Assembly (NCBI GenBank): GCA_019636335.1
Contig: JAHBXR010000005.1
Location: forward strand, 160,197 to 224,196
Direction of reading: 5' to 3'
Origin: Pirellulales bacterium
Lineage (GTDB): Bacteria; Planctomycetota; Planctomycetia; Pirellulales; JAEUIK01
Length of the DNA stretch: 64,000 nt
The notes beneath the pieces are model-generated. The model was not told where the DNA came from and did not search any database. It saw only the letters and a list, made by a program, of their open reading frames with translations. Below are positions 1-9,721 of this stretch, in pieces; position 1 is the stretch's first letter; the number at the start of each line of letters is the position of its first letter. The position numbers and the translations under genes were made by a program.

Positions 1-699
1 CGAGTTCAAAACCCAGAGCATATTGTTGTACCAGCGTGGGGAGTGGGGCATGCACAGGCCCCGGCTGATGATCTCGCCACTCTCGACGTCGATCAGAATG
101 CCGCCTGCGGCCTTGTTGTCTCGCCAGCCGCCTGCCGTGTCGGTTTCTCCGAGCGCGGTTACCCAGGCGGGCTTGCCGTCGCGCAGCGCCAGGCCATTCA
201 GATGGCAGCGATCCTCGGGCACCAGATCGGAGACAAACTTCGGGCGCCACAACGGCACGAAGCTGAAATCCTTGCTCAGCCCGGCGAGGCACGAAAAGCG
301 CGTGTTGACCATCAGCAGGCCGTCGCGCGAGTAGGCCAGATCGTGGGCGTGCAGGTCGCCCGTAAAGTACGAGGCGCGCGGCAGGTAAAGTGCGTCGTAG
401 CGTCCCGGTTGATCTTCGAGATAGGCATGAGCCAGGAGGGGCGCATTGGCGAAGAACAACAGCTCGTGTCGCGTCACGAGCGCCATGCGCTCGCGGTCGA
501 TCGCCAGTCCCAGCGGTTTGTCGAAGTGCCGCATCATGAGCGACACCTGCCGACCATCCCAGCCGACGAAGGCGAGCTTGCCAGCCTGGTAGGTGGAAAT
601 CGCGACCGTGCCGCGCGCGCTGGCGAGCCAGGCGGCGAACGAATCGGTGGCGTTGCAGGCGATACGATCCGGGGTGACGTCAGACGGCGTGGGCTGCAT
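1..699 (-). CDS. TIGR03032-family conserved hypothetical protein (first 233 codons; the 3' end runs off the left edge of the window)
   Basis: Absent from the ORF track because it is truncated. My own minus-strand translation from ATG 699 gives MQPTPSDVTPDRIACNATDSFAAWLASARGTVAISTYQAGKLAFVGWDG...FVPLWRPKFVSDLVPEDRCHLNGLALRDGKPAWVTALGETDTAGGWRDNKAAGGILIDVESGEIISRGLCMPHSPRWYNNMLWVLNS, open to position 1. AGGAGG lies 9 nt upstream of the ATG. The EDRCHLNGLA and MPHSPRW blocks match my memory of TIGR03032. Confidence 0.7.
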   Translation of the reverse strand, partial: MQPTPSDVTPDRIACNATDSFAAWLASARGTVAISTYQAGKLAFVGWDGRQVSLMMRHFDKPLGLAIDRERMALVTRHELLFFANAPLLAHAYLEDQPGRYDALYLPRASYFTGDLHAHDLAYSRDGLLMVNTRFSCLAGLSKDFSFVPLWRPKFVSDLVPEDRCHLNGLALRDGKPAWVTALGETDTAGGWRDNKAAGGILIDVESGEIISRGLCMPHSPRWYNNMLWVLNS

Positions 700-1735
700 C
701 AAGATGCCCCTCCTAGGGTCGCGGGATACACACAAAAACAGGTGGTGGTCGTGGCCGGGCGATGGCGCAGCCGCGACGCTTGCGTGGCGGTGGGCGCGCA
801 CGCGCGAACGCGATGTTCCAGCGGTAGTGTGCCGCACCCCGTCGCAGCTCCCGACGTGGCTTCGACACTCGTTGATGTGAGCGCCGGCTCATCCCAGCGC
901 CTGTGGGCGATCTTGCCCGGCGATGATGCGCCGGGGGATCGCGAGCTCAAATCGATGTGATGAACGGTCGTGCCGTCATAACTCGCGCTGAATGTGCGCG
1001 CAGAAAGCCTTCTCATTGTTCCCAAACAACGGGACCGAGACTCATGCCGTCTTCCCCCTGGAAAAGGCGGGAGCCTCGACCCCACGGTTGAACTCCATCG
1101 GAATCCAACTCTCGCAGGTTGTCAAACGAAAATCTCGCCTGAACCGTGGATTTTACCCCGTCGATCCAGGCATTTCCGTCCGAACAACTCGCAAAAACAT
1201 CTGAATTTCATGATGTTTTGGAAGGGGGAATTCGTCAAGCAGCACGCTCCCGGATTCCACCACGGCGTGCCGGGGCACGGTGGCGCGTTGCCTGAGAGTG
1301 GCGGAAGTCACCTGGCAGCGTGCCCGATCGCACGCCTGGCCGAGTTCACTTCTGCCTGAGACATGCGCGAGAGAGGTGTGGCGGTGCCTGGCGCATTGCA
1401 CGACGACCAGCCGAGGTCGATACAACTCGCAAAGGGGGCGCCCGTCGATCGCATGTGGAAGATCGCGCGGACGAGGATACCAACCGCGCAAAAAAAGAGC
1501 CCCTGCAGGCGGGGCAGGGACCTGCAGAGGCGGTGGTTGCGACCAAAGTCGCGGCCACATGATTGAGTCTAACTGCTCGCGCGCGCTTGGCAAGGCACGC
1601 CGCACTTACTTTTTGGTAATGATATTTTGGAGCCGCGGCCGAGTTGGCTAGATGGAACGATTCGCATACTCCGAAGGTGGGGAATCGTGCCGGCAATGAC
1701 GCGGGGCGGTCTGTCACGCTTCGATTCAGCTCCGA

Positions 1736-2974
1736 CTAATTGGGAGAACCCAACGTCTCGAGCGGTCCGATTGTCACGGTTGTCGTCTTCGACAACGGAT
1801 ACGCCTTGAGCAAGGCATGCACGTCGTCGAGCGTGACAGCGGCCACGGCTTCGATGTCGTCGAGCACGGTTCGATGCTCGCGACGCTGCACCCAATTCGA
1901 GCCCACGGTGAAGAGCCGGCCCCGCGGACGTTCGCTGCCCAGCACGACGCGCGAGCTCGTCTTACGTTTGGCTTGCTCCAATTCGGCCACAGTGAACCCG
2001 TCGCGATCGATGCGGCGAAACAGCTCGGCCATCTGGCGTAGATTCACTTCGGCCCGCTCCGGATCGCAACTCATGTACGACAGAAACGCCCCCACGTCCT
2101 GGTAATCGTAGTGGCTCAGGCTGGCTTGTTCGGCGAGCCCCGGATCGACGAACTCCCAGAACAAGCGGCTGCCCGAGTCATCTCCCACCATCACCGCCAG
2201 CAGCTTGGCGGCAAAGCGTTGGGCGTCGATGGCCGCGGGGGCAGGGGACATCGAGAGCGTGTATTGCTGCGTCGAAGAGGGCTTGTGAAACACGTGAAAC
2301 GACGGCGAGGGGGAGACGCTCACGTTGGGTCGGTCGGCGCTGACGTCCTGCCAGCCGCCGCACAGGCGATCGGCCGTGGCGATAAATTCGTCGAAGTCGA
2401 TCCGCCCCGCTCCGACCAGGACGATATTGTGCGGGCTGTAGCGGCGCTCGAAATAAGCTCGCATCGACTCGACCGACAAGTCGGTAATGCTGCCGACCGT
2501 GCCCAACACGCTACGTCCCAAGGGGTGCTTGCCGAAGTAGACCGCCTTGCACTTGTCGTCGGCCCCGAAGGGGGGCTGATCGTCGTACATGCGTATTTCT
2601 TCGATGATCACCTGCTTCTCGGTGTCGAAGTCGTCCTTGCGCAGCGAGGGGCGCAGCATATCGGCCAGCAGCGAGACGGCGTCGGTCTGATGCTCGGGCA
2701 GCACGGCCGCGTAGTAGACCGTGGCCTCTTCGCTGGTGAAGGCGTTGTAGTGCGCCCCCATTTCGTCGAACTCGCGATTCACGTCGTCGGCCGAGCGCGT
2801 GGGCGTTCCCTTGAACATCATATGTTCGAGAAAGTGGCTCACGCCGGCCACGTCGTCGGACTCGTCGCGAGCGCCCGCGCGGACGAAAAAGCCGAGCGCC
2901 GTCGAGTAGGCGTCGCCACTGACCTCGGCCACGACTTCCAGCCCGTTGGCCAGCTTGTGCTTAAGAAACTCCAA
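1736..2974 (-). CDS. M16 (pitrilysin/insulinase) family zinc peptidase, catalytic subunit
   Basis: ORF 1736..2974 with a TTG start and GGAGG 6 nt upstream. Intact HxxEH zinc motif (GVSHFLEHMMFKGT). Overlaps the upstream M16 paralog by 14 bp. Confidence 0.9.
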   Translation of the reverse strand: MEFLKHKLANGLEVVAEVSGDAYSTALGFFVRAGARDESDDVAGVSHFLEHMMFKGTPTRSADDVNREFDEMGAHYNAFTSEEATVYYAAVLPEHQTDAVSLLADMLRPSLRKDDFDTEKQVIIEEIRMYDDQPPFGADDKCKAVYFGKHPLGRSVLGTVGSITDLSVESMRAYFERRYSPHNIVLVGAGRIDFDEFIATADRLCGGWQDVSADRPNVSVSPSPSFHVFHKPSSTQQYTLSMSPAPAAIDAQRFAAKLLAVMVGDDSGSRLFWEFVDPGLAEQASLSHYDYQDVGAFLSYMSCDPERAEVNLRQMAELFRRIDRDGFTVAELEQAKRKTSSRVVLGSERPRGRLFTVGSNWVQRREHRTVLDDIEAVAAVTLDDVHALLKAYPLSKTTTVTIGPLETLGSPN

Positions 2975-4205
2975 CGTTGACCTCCAGCGGCTGTGGCCCC
3001 AACGTCACCACGGTGAAGTTGCCCGGCGGGTGCTCGGCAAGATAGGCATTGATGGTTTCGCAGGTCAGCCCGTCGACCAGCTTCCCGACTTCCTCGATCG
3101 ATCGAGCGCGCTCGAGGTGGTACCAGTCGCGAGCTAGCGAGGCGGCCCGGGCCGAGCTCGATTCCTGCTGCATGATGAGCGAGCTCTTGATGCGTGCCTT
3201 GAGCCGCATCAACTCCGAGGGGAGGATTCCCTGCGACAACCTCACCAACTCGCCCAGCAGCACGTCGAGGGTTTCTTGCGCGCGTTCGGCACTGGTGCCG
3301 GCGTACGACAAGACGCTCCCCCAGTCGCGCAACGTGTGATACGAGGCGTAAATGCTGTAGCACAGGCCGCGTTTCTCGCGGACTTCCGTAAAGAGGCGGC
3401 TGCTCATCCCGCCGCTCAGGGCCCCGACGGCCGCCCAGGCACGGAAGTAGTCCGCATCGCGGTAGGGCACGCTGGGATAGGCCACGCCAATTTGCGTCTG
3501 GTTGGCCTCGTGCGGCAAATGCTCGATGACGCGCGATTCCTCCGCCGTGGTGATGATCGGCGTCTCCTGGCGTTTCCAATCGCCGAACAACCGTTCGACG
3601 TCGCGGCGCAGCGCATCCCAATCGAACCGGCCGGCCACCCCCAGAATGGCGCCGTTCGGGCGCAGCAGTTGTGAGAAATGCCGCTGCACGTCGGCGATGG
3701 TCGATACTTCCAGCCCGGCTCGATCCCCCAGGCTTGGTTTGCCCCAGGGATGCGGATAGCGCCGCCGGCGCAGCTCGAGCATCACCTTCTGCTGCGGCTC
3801 GTCCTCGATCGCGTCGAGTTCTTGCAAGACCACCTGCCGGGCGGCCTCGAACTGATCGGCCGCCAGGTGGGGTCGCCGGACGATGTCGGCATAGATCGAC
3901 AGCGTCTCGGGCAGGCTGCTCGCGAGGGTCGCGCCGCCGAAGCTGATATGAACGTCCGAGACCCCTTCGCTCCGCTCGACCCCCAGGTTGTCGAGCGCCT
4001 CGATCATCTGGCGACTATCGCGCGGCCCGGCGCCGCGCGTGAGCATCTCGCTGGTGAGGGTGGCCAGGCCGGCGTGGCCGGGTGCGTCGTGAACGCAGCC
4101 AGCCGGCACCATCAGTGCAAAGGCGGCCGATTCCAGCCAATTCATCGGCTCGGCGACGAGCACCAGGCCGTTCTCGAACGTGTGCGAACGAATAGACGGG
4201 CTCAC
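2961..4205 (-). CDS. M16 family peptidase-like protein, probably the non-catalytic partner
   Basis: ORF 2961..4205 with a GTG start. M16 fold (FENGLVLVAEP..., two-domain length), but the HxxEH position reads TLTSEM. Translationally coupled to the downstream M16 gene. Confidence 0.88.
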   Translation of the reverse strand: MSPSIRSHTFENGLVLVAEPMNWLESAAFALMVPAGCVHDAPGHAGLATLTSEMLTRGAGPRDSRQMIEALDNLGVERSEGVSDVHISFGGATLASSLPETLSIYADIVRRPHLAADQFEAARQVVLQELDAIEDEPQQKVMLELRRRRYPHPWGKPSLGDRAGLEVSTIADVQRHFSQLLRPNGAILGVAGRFDWDALRRDVERLFGDWKRQETPIITTAEESRVIEHLPHEANQTQIGVAYPSVPYRDADYFRAWAAVGALSGGMSSRLFTEVREKRGLCYSIYASYHTLRDWGSVLSYAGTSAERAQETLDVLLGELVRLSQGILPSELMRLKARIKSSLIMQQESSSARAASLARDWYHLERARSIEEVGKLVDGLTCETINAYLAEHPPGNFTVVTLGPQPLEVNVGVS

Positions 4206-4289
4206 GCGGCTCCTTGCAGAGTCGTAACAAGCGCCGATCCCCTGCGGGAGGCGGCTAGGAACAGGTCGGCTGCGACAGCGAACAAGGGC

Positions 4290-4856
4290 CTAACTGTAGG
4301 CCACTTCGACCGCCTTGTATACGGTGCGGACCTTGGTGAAGCCCAAGTGCTGGTAGAGCCGAATGGCCCCGGCATTCTGGGCGGTGACTTCCAAGAACAC
4401 CCGCGAAAGCCCTGCCTGGCGGAAGCCGTCGAGCGCCCGCAAAAGCAGGCATGTCCCCAAGTTCCGTCCACGATGCTCCGGCGTGACACCAAGGTTCTGA
4501 ATGGCGCCCAATCCGCTGCGATCGCAGATTCCCTGGATCGTGCCGCAGTACTCCGGGGGCTGACCGGCCCGCCAGTCGTAGGCGGCCAGCCAGGTCGTCT
4601 CCGGCAGGAACCCCGCCTTCGTGCCGATCTCGTTCATCAGTCGCAGGCAGCCGGGCAAATCGCCCAGGCAGGGGAAGACATTGGCGTCGATCTCGGCCCG
4701 AAAACTGAGGTACTTCGCCTCGGCATGGAACTCGAGAAGCGAGCGGTCCCACGGAAGAAGCCGGTAGCCCTCGGGCAACTCCACCTGAGGTAGGGAGCGC
4801 CGCCCAAGGTCGATCTCCATCCGGTAACGCTTAAAGTAGGTGAGACCCATCGACAT
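4290..4856 (-). CDS. GNAT family N-acetyltransferase
   Basis: ORF 4290..4895. I prefer ATG 4856 (MSMGLTYFKRYRMEIDL). Acetyl-CoA binding block GVTPEHRGRNLGTCLLLRALDGFRQAGLSRVFLEVTAQNAGAIRLYQHLGF. Confidence 0.8.
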   Translation of the reverse strand: MSMGLTYFKRYRMEIDLGRRSLPQVELPEGYRLLPWDRSLLEFHAEAKYLSFRAEIDANVFPCLGDLPGCLRLMNEIGTKAGFLPETTWLAAYDWRAGQPPEYCGTIQGICDRSGLGAIQNLGVTPEHRGRNLGTCLLLRALDGFRQAGLSRVFLEVTAQNAGAIRLYQHLGFTKVRTVYKAVEVAYS

Positions 4857-5133
4857 AGACCGTCCAGAAAGGCTGGGCTGCCGAAGGCGCGGCACTGCGG
4901 CGTTCGAATCAGGCAGGGAGACACACGTTTACAGCGAGGGCAGGGCCCTCGATGCAACCGCTAGGTCAATTTACCCCTCGCATCAGCAAGGGTCAACTTG
5001 CTGCAAAGTAATGCGATTAAAGGGTTTTTGACGCCAAGTAGCGACCCGAATCGACACCCCGAGCACCGATCTGCCAGGAGAATCGTAGCCGGACGCGGCA
5101 AATCGTCCAGCGCACGTCCCGGCAGCGGCCCGC

Positions 5134-6054
5134 TCAACTGGCGAAACAACGATCCATCCGCGCCGCAACGTCGCGTAGCCGCTCGGCATCTCCCCCCGGT
5201 ACTTCGGCCGTGCCCCAGCCCTCGTAGCCGATTTCGCGCAGGGCCGCCATTACCGCCGGCCAGTTGCAGTCCCCTTCCCCCAATTCAACGTCGAATCCTT
5301 TCCAGAGCCCCTCCGCGTCGCGTCGCTGGCGGCTGAACTCCTTGATATCGAGCTTGACGATGCGTTTGCCGAGGATGCGGACCCACTGCTCGGGCCAGCC
5401 GTAATTCACCACATTGCCCACGTCGAAGTAGGCCCCGACGTACGGGGAATGGAATTCGTCGATGTAGCGTGCGGTTTCCAGCGGGCTGAGCAGGAACTGA
5501 TTCCAGACGTTCTCGAAGCAGATCTTGATGTCGAGGTCCTCGGCCAGCGGCAGGGCCTTGCGAATCTCGGCCTGCGAGCGTTCGTACGCCTGGTCGTACG
5601 AGACTTCCGTATTCACCACGGCCGGCACGAGTAACACGGTCGAGCCACCATAGGCCTTTGAATCGCGAATGGCGGTCCGCAAGCCCTCCAGGCCGCGGGC
5701 GCGCACCTCCGGATCGGGGTGGGAGAGCGTATCGCGCCAATGGACCGAGTCGACCACGCCGTGGATCGGCAGATCGGCCTCGTCGCGTGCGCGCAGGATC
5801 TCGTCTCGCTGGAAGCCATTCGGGCTGTCGAGCTCGATCCCGTCGTAGCCCAGTGACTTGACGAGCTTGAATTTCTCGACGAGCGGTTGATTTCCGGCGA
5901 CCATGCCGATCTTGACCGCTTTTTTATAGCGTGTGCTCGACGGCTCCGCGGCGCGACCTGCTAGCGGCGCTAGCGCCCCGGCGCCCGCGGCCGCGAACGA
6001 AAGGCCGGCGACACGGAGCATGTCCCGTCGCGAAAGCGATGCTCGGCAATTCAT
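5134..6054 (-). CDS. Sugar phosphate isomerase/epimerase (xylose isomerase-like TIM barrel), Tat-exported
   Basis: ORF 5134..6150. I prefer ATG 6054 (MNCRASLSRRDMLRVAGLSFAAAGAGALA, a twin-arginine signal). TIM-barrel blocks: GYDGIELD, ICFENVWN, YFDVGN, DIKEF. Confidence 0.85.
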   Translation of the reverse strand: MNCRASLSRRDMLRVAGLSFAAAGAGALAPLAGRAAEPSSTRYKKAVKIGMVAGNQPLVEKFKLVKSLGYDGIELDSPNGFQRDEILRARDEADLPIHGVVDSVHWRDTLSHPDPEVRARGLEGLRTAIRDSKAYGGSTVLLVPAVVNTEVSYDQAYERSQAEIRKALPLAEDLDIKICFENVWNQFLLSPLETARYIDEFHSPYVGAYFDVGNVVNYGWPEQWVRILGKRIVKLDIKEFSRQRRDAEGLWKGFDVELGEGDCNWPAVMAALREIGYEGWGTAEVPGGDAERLRDVAARMDRCFAS

Positions 6055-6342
6055 TCGATTCGATCCCCTCGATCCATAGATTTGGGCCCTGTCTGGGCGA
6101 GATGTCGCGCCAGACGACACGCCGGCTGAATTTGGCTCCGTTGTAACCACGCGGAGGCGTGCTCGGCAAGCATTTTCGGGCCTCGCGGGGTGGTCTTAAG
6201 TCAAGACCAGATCACACCTTCACACCGTCGATCGAGCACTTTAAACCGGCCTGGACAGTGGTGTGCCTTTCGAGTAGTTTCCCGCCCTCTTCACGTCTGC
6301 CACCTAATCATTTGGCCGTTTCAGGCCCTTCCGGAGACACGG

Positions 6343-8451
6343 ATGCCTTCCGGGGCTGCGCCACCAGTACGTGCTCGTCTGCTTTCGATGCCCGCGCGGG
6401 AATTGATCCTGCCTGCGGGGATCATTGCCAGCGTGCTGGTCATTCTGGTGCCGATGCCGCCGTTGCTGATGGACTTCATGCTTTCGGTCAACATCAGCGT
6501 GGCCGTGCTCATGTTACTGACCACCATCTACGTGCGCACCCCGCTCGAGTTCAGCATTTTTCCGACCTTGTTGCTGGCCACCACGTTGGGGCGACTGGTG
6601 TTGAATGTCGCCTCGACGCGACTGATTCTCACGCGGGCCGAAACGCACGGCCTGGCAGCGGCGGGCGATGTCATTCGCAGCTTCGGCGAATTCGTCGCCG
6701 GCGACCGGATCGTGGTCGGGTTGATCATCTTTGCCATCATCGTGCTCATCCAGTTTGTGGTCATTACCAAAGGCGCCACGCGCATCAGCGAAGTGGCCGC
6801 CCGCTTCGCCTTGGATGGCATGCCGGGACGGCAGATGGCCATCGATGCCGATTTGAATGCCGGCACCATCGACGAACACGAGGCCCAACGACGCCGCAGC
6901 GAGATCACGCAGCAGGCAGACTTCTTCGGGGCCATGGACGGTGCCAGCAAGTTCGTGCGCGGCGATGCCATTGCCGGCATCGTGATTACGCTCATCAATA
7001 TCGTGGGTGGCCTGGTCATCGGCGTGCTGCAGATGGGCATGTCGGTAAGCGAGGCGTCCGAGATCTTCACGAAATTGACGATCGGCGACGGTCTGGTCAG
7101 CCAGATGCCCGCCTTCTTGATCTCGCTGGCCGCCGGTTTGCTCGTCACGCGCAGCACGAGCGACACGAACCTGCCGAGCGAGTTCCTCAAGCAGCTCGTG
7201 TCGCGCCCCGAGGCCCTGATCGTCACGGCGGCATTCCTCAGCGTGCTGGTCTTCACGGAACTGCCCAAGCTCCCACTGCTCTCGATCGGCGGCGTATGCC
7301 TGATCGCCGCCACGGCCATGTCGCGCACCAAGCGCACCGTCGAAGCCGCGGCCGTGGCCGAAGCCAAGGCTGCCGAGGCCAAAAAGAGACCCGAGGAGAA
7401 GGTCGAAGACTTTCTCACCATCGACCCGATGGAGCTCGAGATCGGCGTGGGGCTGATTCGGCTCGCCGATCCCAAGCGTGGCGGCGATCTGCTCGATCGC
7501 ATTCAGCGCGTGCGACAAAACGTGGCCGCGCAATTGGGCATCATCCTGCCCAAGGTCCGCATCCGCGACAACATGCGGCTCGACCAGACCATGTATCGAT
7601 TGAAGATTGCCGACGTGCCGGTGGCAACCGGCCACGTGATGCCCGGGCTGCTGCTGGCGATGGAGTCGGAGGCTACCACGGGGCGCGTGAACGGCACGCC
7701 CACGACCGATCCGGCCTTTGGCACGCCCGCGATGTGGATCGGACCAGGAGAGCGCGAGCATGCCGAGATGAACGGCTACACGGTGGTCGAGCCCGGGAGC
7801 GTCATCGCCACGCATCTGACCGAAATCGTGCGCAAGCACGCCGACGAGCTACTGACGCGCGACGACACGAAGCACCTGATCGATCAATTGAAGACGACCT
7901 CGCCCGCCGTGGTCGACGAGTTGATTCCGAGCCAGATGAAGCTGGCCGAAGTGCAGCAGATCCTGCAGATGCTGCTGCGCGAGGGGGTGCCGATTCGGCA
8001 ACTCGCGCCGATCCTCGAGACGCTGGGCGATTACGCCGGGCGCACGAAAGATCCCGTGCTGCTCACCGAATACGTGCGCCATCGCCTGTCGCGGGTGATA
8101 TCGAACCGCTACCGCGATGCCAGTGGCGTGCTGCACGTCGTGACGCTCGATCCGGCGTTGGAAGATCGCATTCGTGCCGGGATCGAGCACAACGAGCGTG
8201 GCCTGTTCATTCGCATGTCGCCGCAGGCGGTCGAAAAGACCTGCGCCCTCCTGGGGCGTGAAGTCGAGAAGTTGACAAATCGACGATTGCCGCCGGTCGT
8301 GCTCGCCAGCCCGCAGATCCGCGCGGGGTTGAAGCAGTTGACCGCCACGCACCTGCCGGCGCTGGTCGTGCTGTCCTACAACGAAGTCACCCGTGATACG
8401 CAGATCGAATCGGTAGGGTTGGTTGCCGACGAGGGAGCGCCCGCACGTTGA
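6343..8451 (+). CDS. flhA: Flagellar type III export apparatus protein FlhA
   Basis: ORF 6190..8451 with the start moved to ATG 6343. Polytopic N-terminus, FHIPEP core (VITKGATRISEVAARFALDGMPGRQMAIDADLNAG) and a cytoplasmic C-domain. Followed by flhF, flhG and fliA. Confidence 0.95.
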   Translation: MPSGAAPPVRARLLSMPARELILPAGIIASVLVILVPMPPLLMDFMLSVNISVAVLMLLTTIYVRTPLEFSIFPTLLLATTLGRLVLNVASTRLILTRAETHGLAAAGDVIRSFGEFVAGDRIVVGLIIFAIIVLIQFVVITKGATRISEVAARFALDGMPGRQMAIDADLNAGTIDEHEAQRRRSEITQQADFFGAMDGASKFVRGDAIAGIVITLINIVGGLVIGVLQMGMSVSEASEIFTKLTIGDGLVSQMPAFLISLAAGLLVTRSTSDTNLPSEFLKQLVSRPEALIVTAAFLSVLVFTELPKLPLLSIGGVCLIAATAMSRTKRTVEAAAVAEAKAAEAKKRPEEKVEDFLTIDPMELEIGVGLIRLADPKRGGDLLDRIQRVRQNVAAQLGIILPKVRIRDNMRLDQTMYRLKIADVPVATGHVMPGLLLAMESEATTGRVNGTPTTDPAFGTPAMWIGPGEREHAEMNGYTVVEPGSVIATHLTEIVRKHADELLTRDDTKHLIDQLKTTSPAVVDELIPSQMKLAEVQQILQMLLREGVPIRQLAPILETLGDYAGRTKDPVLLTEYVRHRLSRVISNRYRDASGVLHVVTLDPALEDRIRAGIEHNERGLFIRMSPQAVEKTCALLGREVEKLTNRRLPPVVLASPQIRAGLKQLTATHLPALVVLSYNEVTRDTQIESVGLVADEGAPAR

Positions 8452-8531
8452 CGCAGCGAACCTGACGCGTCGAGTTCGAGCCAAACAAGCGATATGACCG
8501 AGATTGTCGCCACCATTTAGCGAGAGCAAGA

Positions 8532-9659
8532 ATGGAGCTGAAGACCTTCCGCGCCGCAAACATGCAAGAGGCCCTGGCCCTGGTCCGCCGGGAACTTGGA
8601 CCGCAGGCCGCCGTGCTGCACACGCGCGAGGTGCGCGCCTCGGGCCTGCGCCGGCTCGTGCCGGGAGCACGCCAGATCGAGGTCACCGCGTCGAACTCCG
8701 TCAACGTGCCGAGCCGGCTGCCGGCGCGTCAGGCCGTTGCTGCGGCGCCCATGGCCGTTGCCGCTGCCCCCCCCGATCATCTGCAGAGTCAACTGGCCGA
8801 CTTACAGGCCATGGTCGAAGACCTGTGCCGTCGCACGCAGAATTCCTCGACGCACGAGTTGCCCGAGCGGCTGTTTCATATCTTCACCGATCTGATCGAG
8901 GCGGACGTGCCCGAGGAGTTGGCGCGCGAACTGGTCGACCGCGTGCGCCGCGAGGCCCCGCGCGATGAATTAGGAGACGATCGCCTCGTCCGCGGACGTC
9001 TCTGCCGCATGATCGAAGGCGATATCCGCACCAGCGGCCCCCTTCGCGTTACGCCGGGTCAATGCCGCGTAGTGGCCCTGGTGGGTCCCACCGGAGTCGG
9101 CAAGACGACCACGGTCGCCAAGCTGGCCGCCCAATATCGCCTGCGCGAAAAACGTGCCGTCGGCCTGATCACGGTCGACACCTATCGCATCGCCGCGGTC
9201 GAGCAGTTGCGGACCTATGCCGACATCATCGACCTGCCCATGCACGTCGTGTCGACTCCGCGCGAGATGCGGAAATCGATCGAACAGATGCAGCACCTCG
9301 AGCTCATTCTGATGGACACCGCCGGGCGCAGCCCGCGCGACGAAGTGAAGATCCAAGAACTCAAGGTCTTCTTGCAAGAAGCGCGGGCCGACGAGGTACA
9401 CCTCGTCCTCAGCAGCGTGGCCGGCGCGGCGAGCCTGGCGCGCACGGCCGAACGCTTCGCCACGGCGGGCACGACGTCGCTGCTCTTCACCAAGCTCGAC
9501 GAGGCCACGGGGCTGGGCAACCTGTTGCCCGTAATCCGCGAGGCCGGACTCCCGTTGAGTTACGTGACGAACGGACAGAACGTGCCCGACGACATCGAGG
9601 CCGCCGATGCTCGCGAGCTCGCCAGCATCGTGCTCGGCGACGTGGATCTCGACGACTAA
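8532..9659 (+). CDS. flhF: Flagellar biosynthesis SRP-type GTPase FlhF
   Basis: G1 motif GPTGVGKTTT, G3 motif DTAGR, G4 motif TKLDE. Sits between flhA and flhG. Confidence 0.9.
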   Translation: MELKTFRAANMQEALALVRRELGPQAAVLHTREVRASGLRRLVPGARQIEVTASNSVNVPSRLPARQAVAAAPMAVAAAPPDHLQSQLADLQAMVEDLCRRTQNSSTHELPERLFHIFTDLIEADVPEELARELVDRVRREAPRDELGDDRLVRGRLCRMIEGDIRTSGPLRVTPGQCRVVALVGPTGVGKTTTVAKLAAQYRLREKRAVGLITVDTYRIAAVEQLRTYADIIDLPMHVVSTPREMRKSIEQMQHLELILMDTAGRSPRDEVKIQELKVFLQEARADEVHLVLSSVAGAASLARTAERFATAGTTSLLFTKLDEATGLGNLLPVIREAGLPLSYVTNGQNVPDDIEAADARELASIVLGDVDLDD

Positions 9660-9721
9660 GCGCACCGCACAGACCTTGGCAGGCGGCCCACCAGAAACCT
9701 TTGTCAGCATCGGCCGGCAAC

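Noticed and set aside
1153-1605. 150-aa minus-strand ORF in the otherwise empty 700-1735 region.
   Set aside because: Not reported as a feature. Third-position GC is clearly lower than in neighbouring genes by my hand count, there is no RBS or recognisable domain, and the composition is Arg/Pro/Cys-rich. It is kept only as a possibility under the finding for this region.
4885-4915. GTTCGAATC, resembling a tRNA T-loop, in the intergenic region upstream of the GNAT gene.
   Set aside because: The flanking bases cannot form a T-stem, and no acceptor or anticodon arms can be drawn. It is not a tRNA.
9062-9721. The 5' part of track ORF 9062-10627, which would make a 521-aa protein overlapping flhF.
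   Set aside because: This part is out of frame with flhF and translates to an Arg-rich nonsense-like sequence. The MinD-type homology begins only after the in-frame ATG at 9722, which is 62 nt after the flhF stop.
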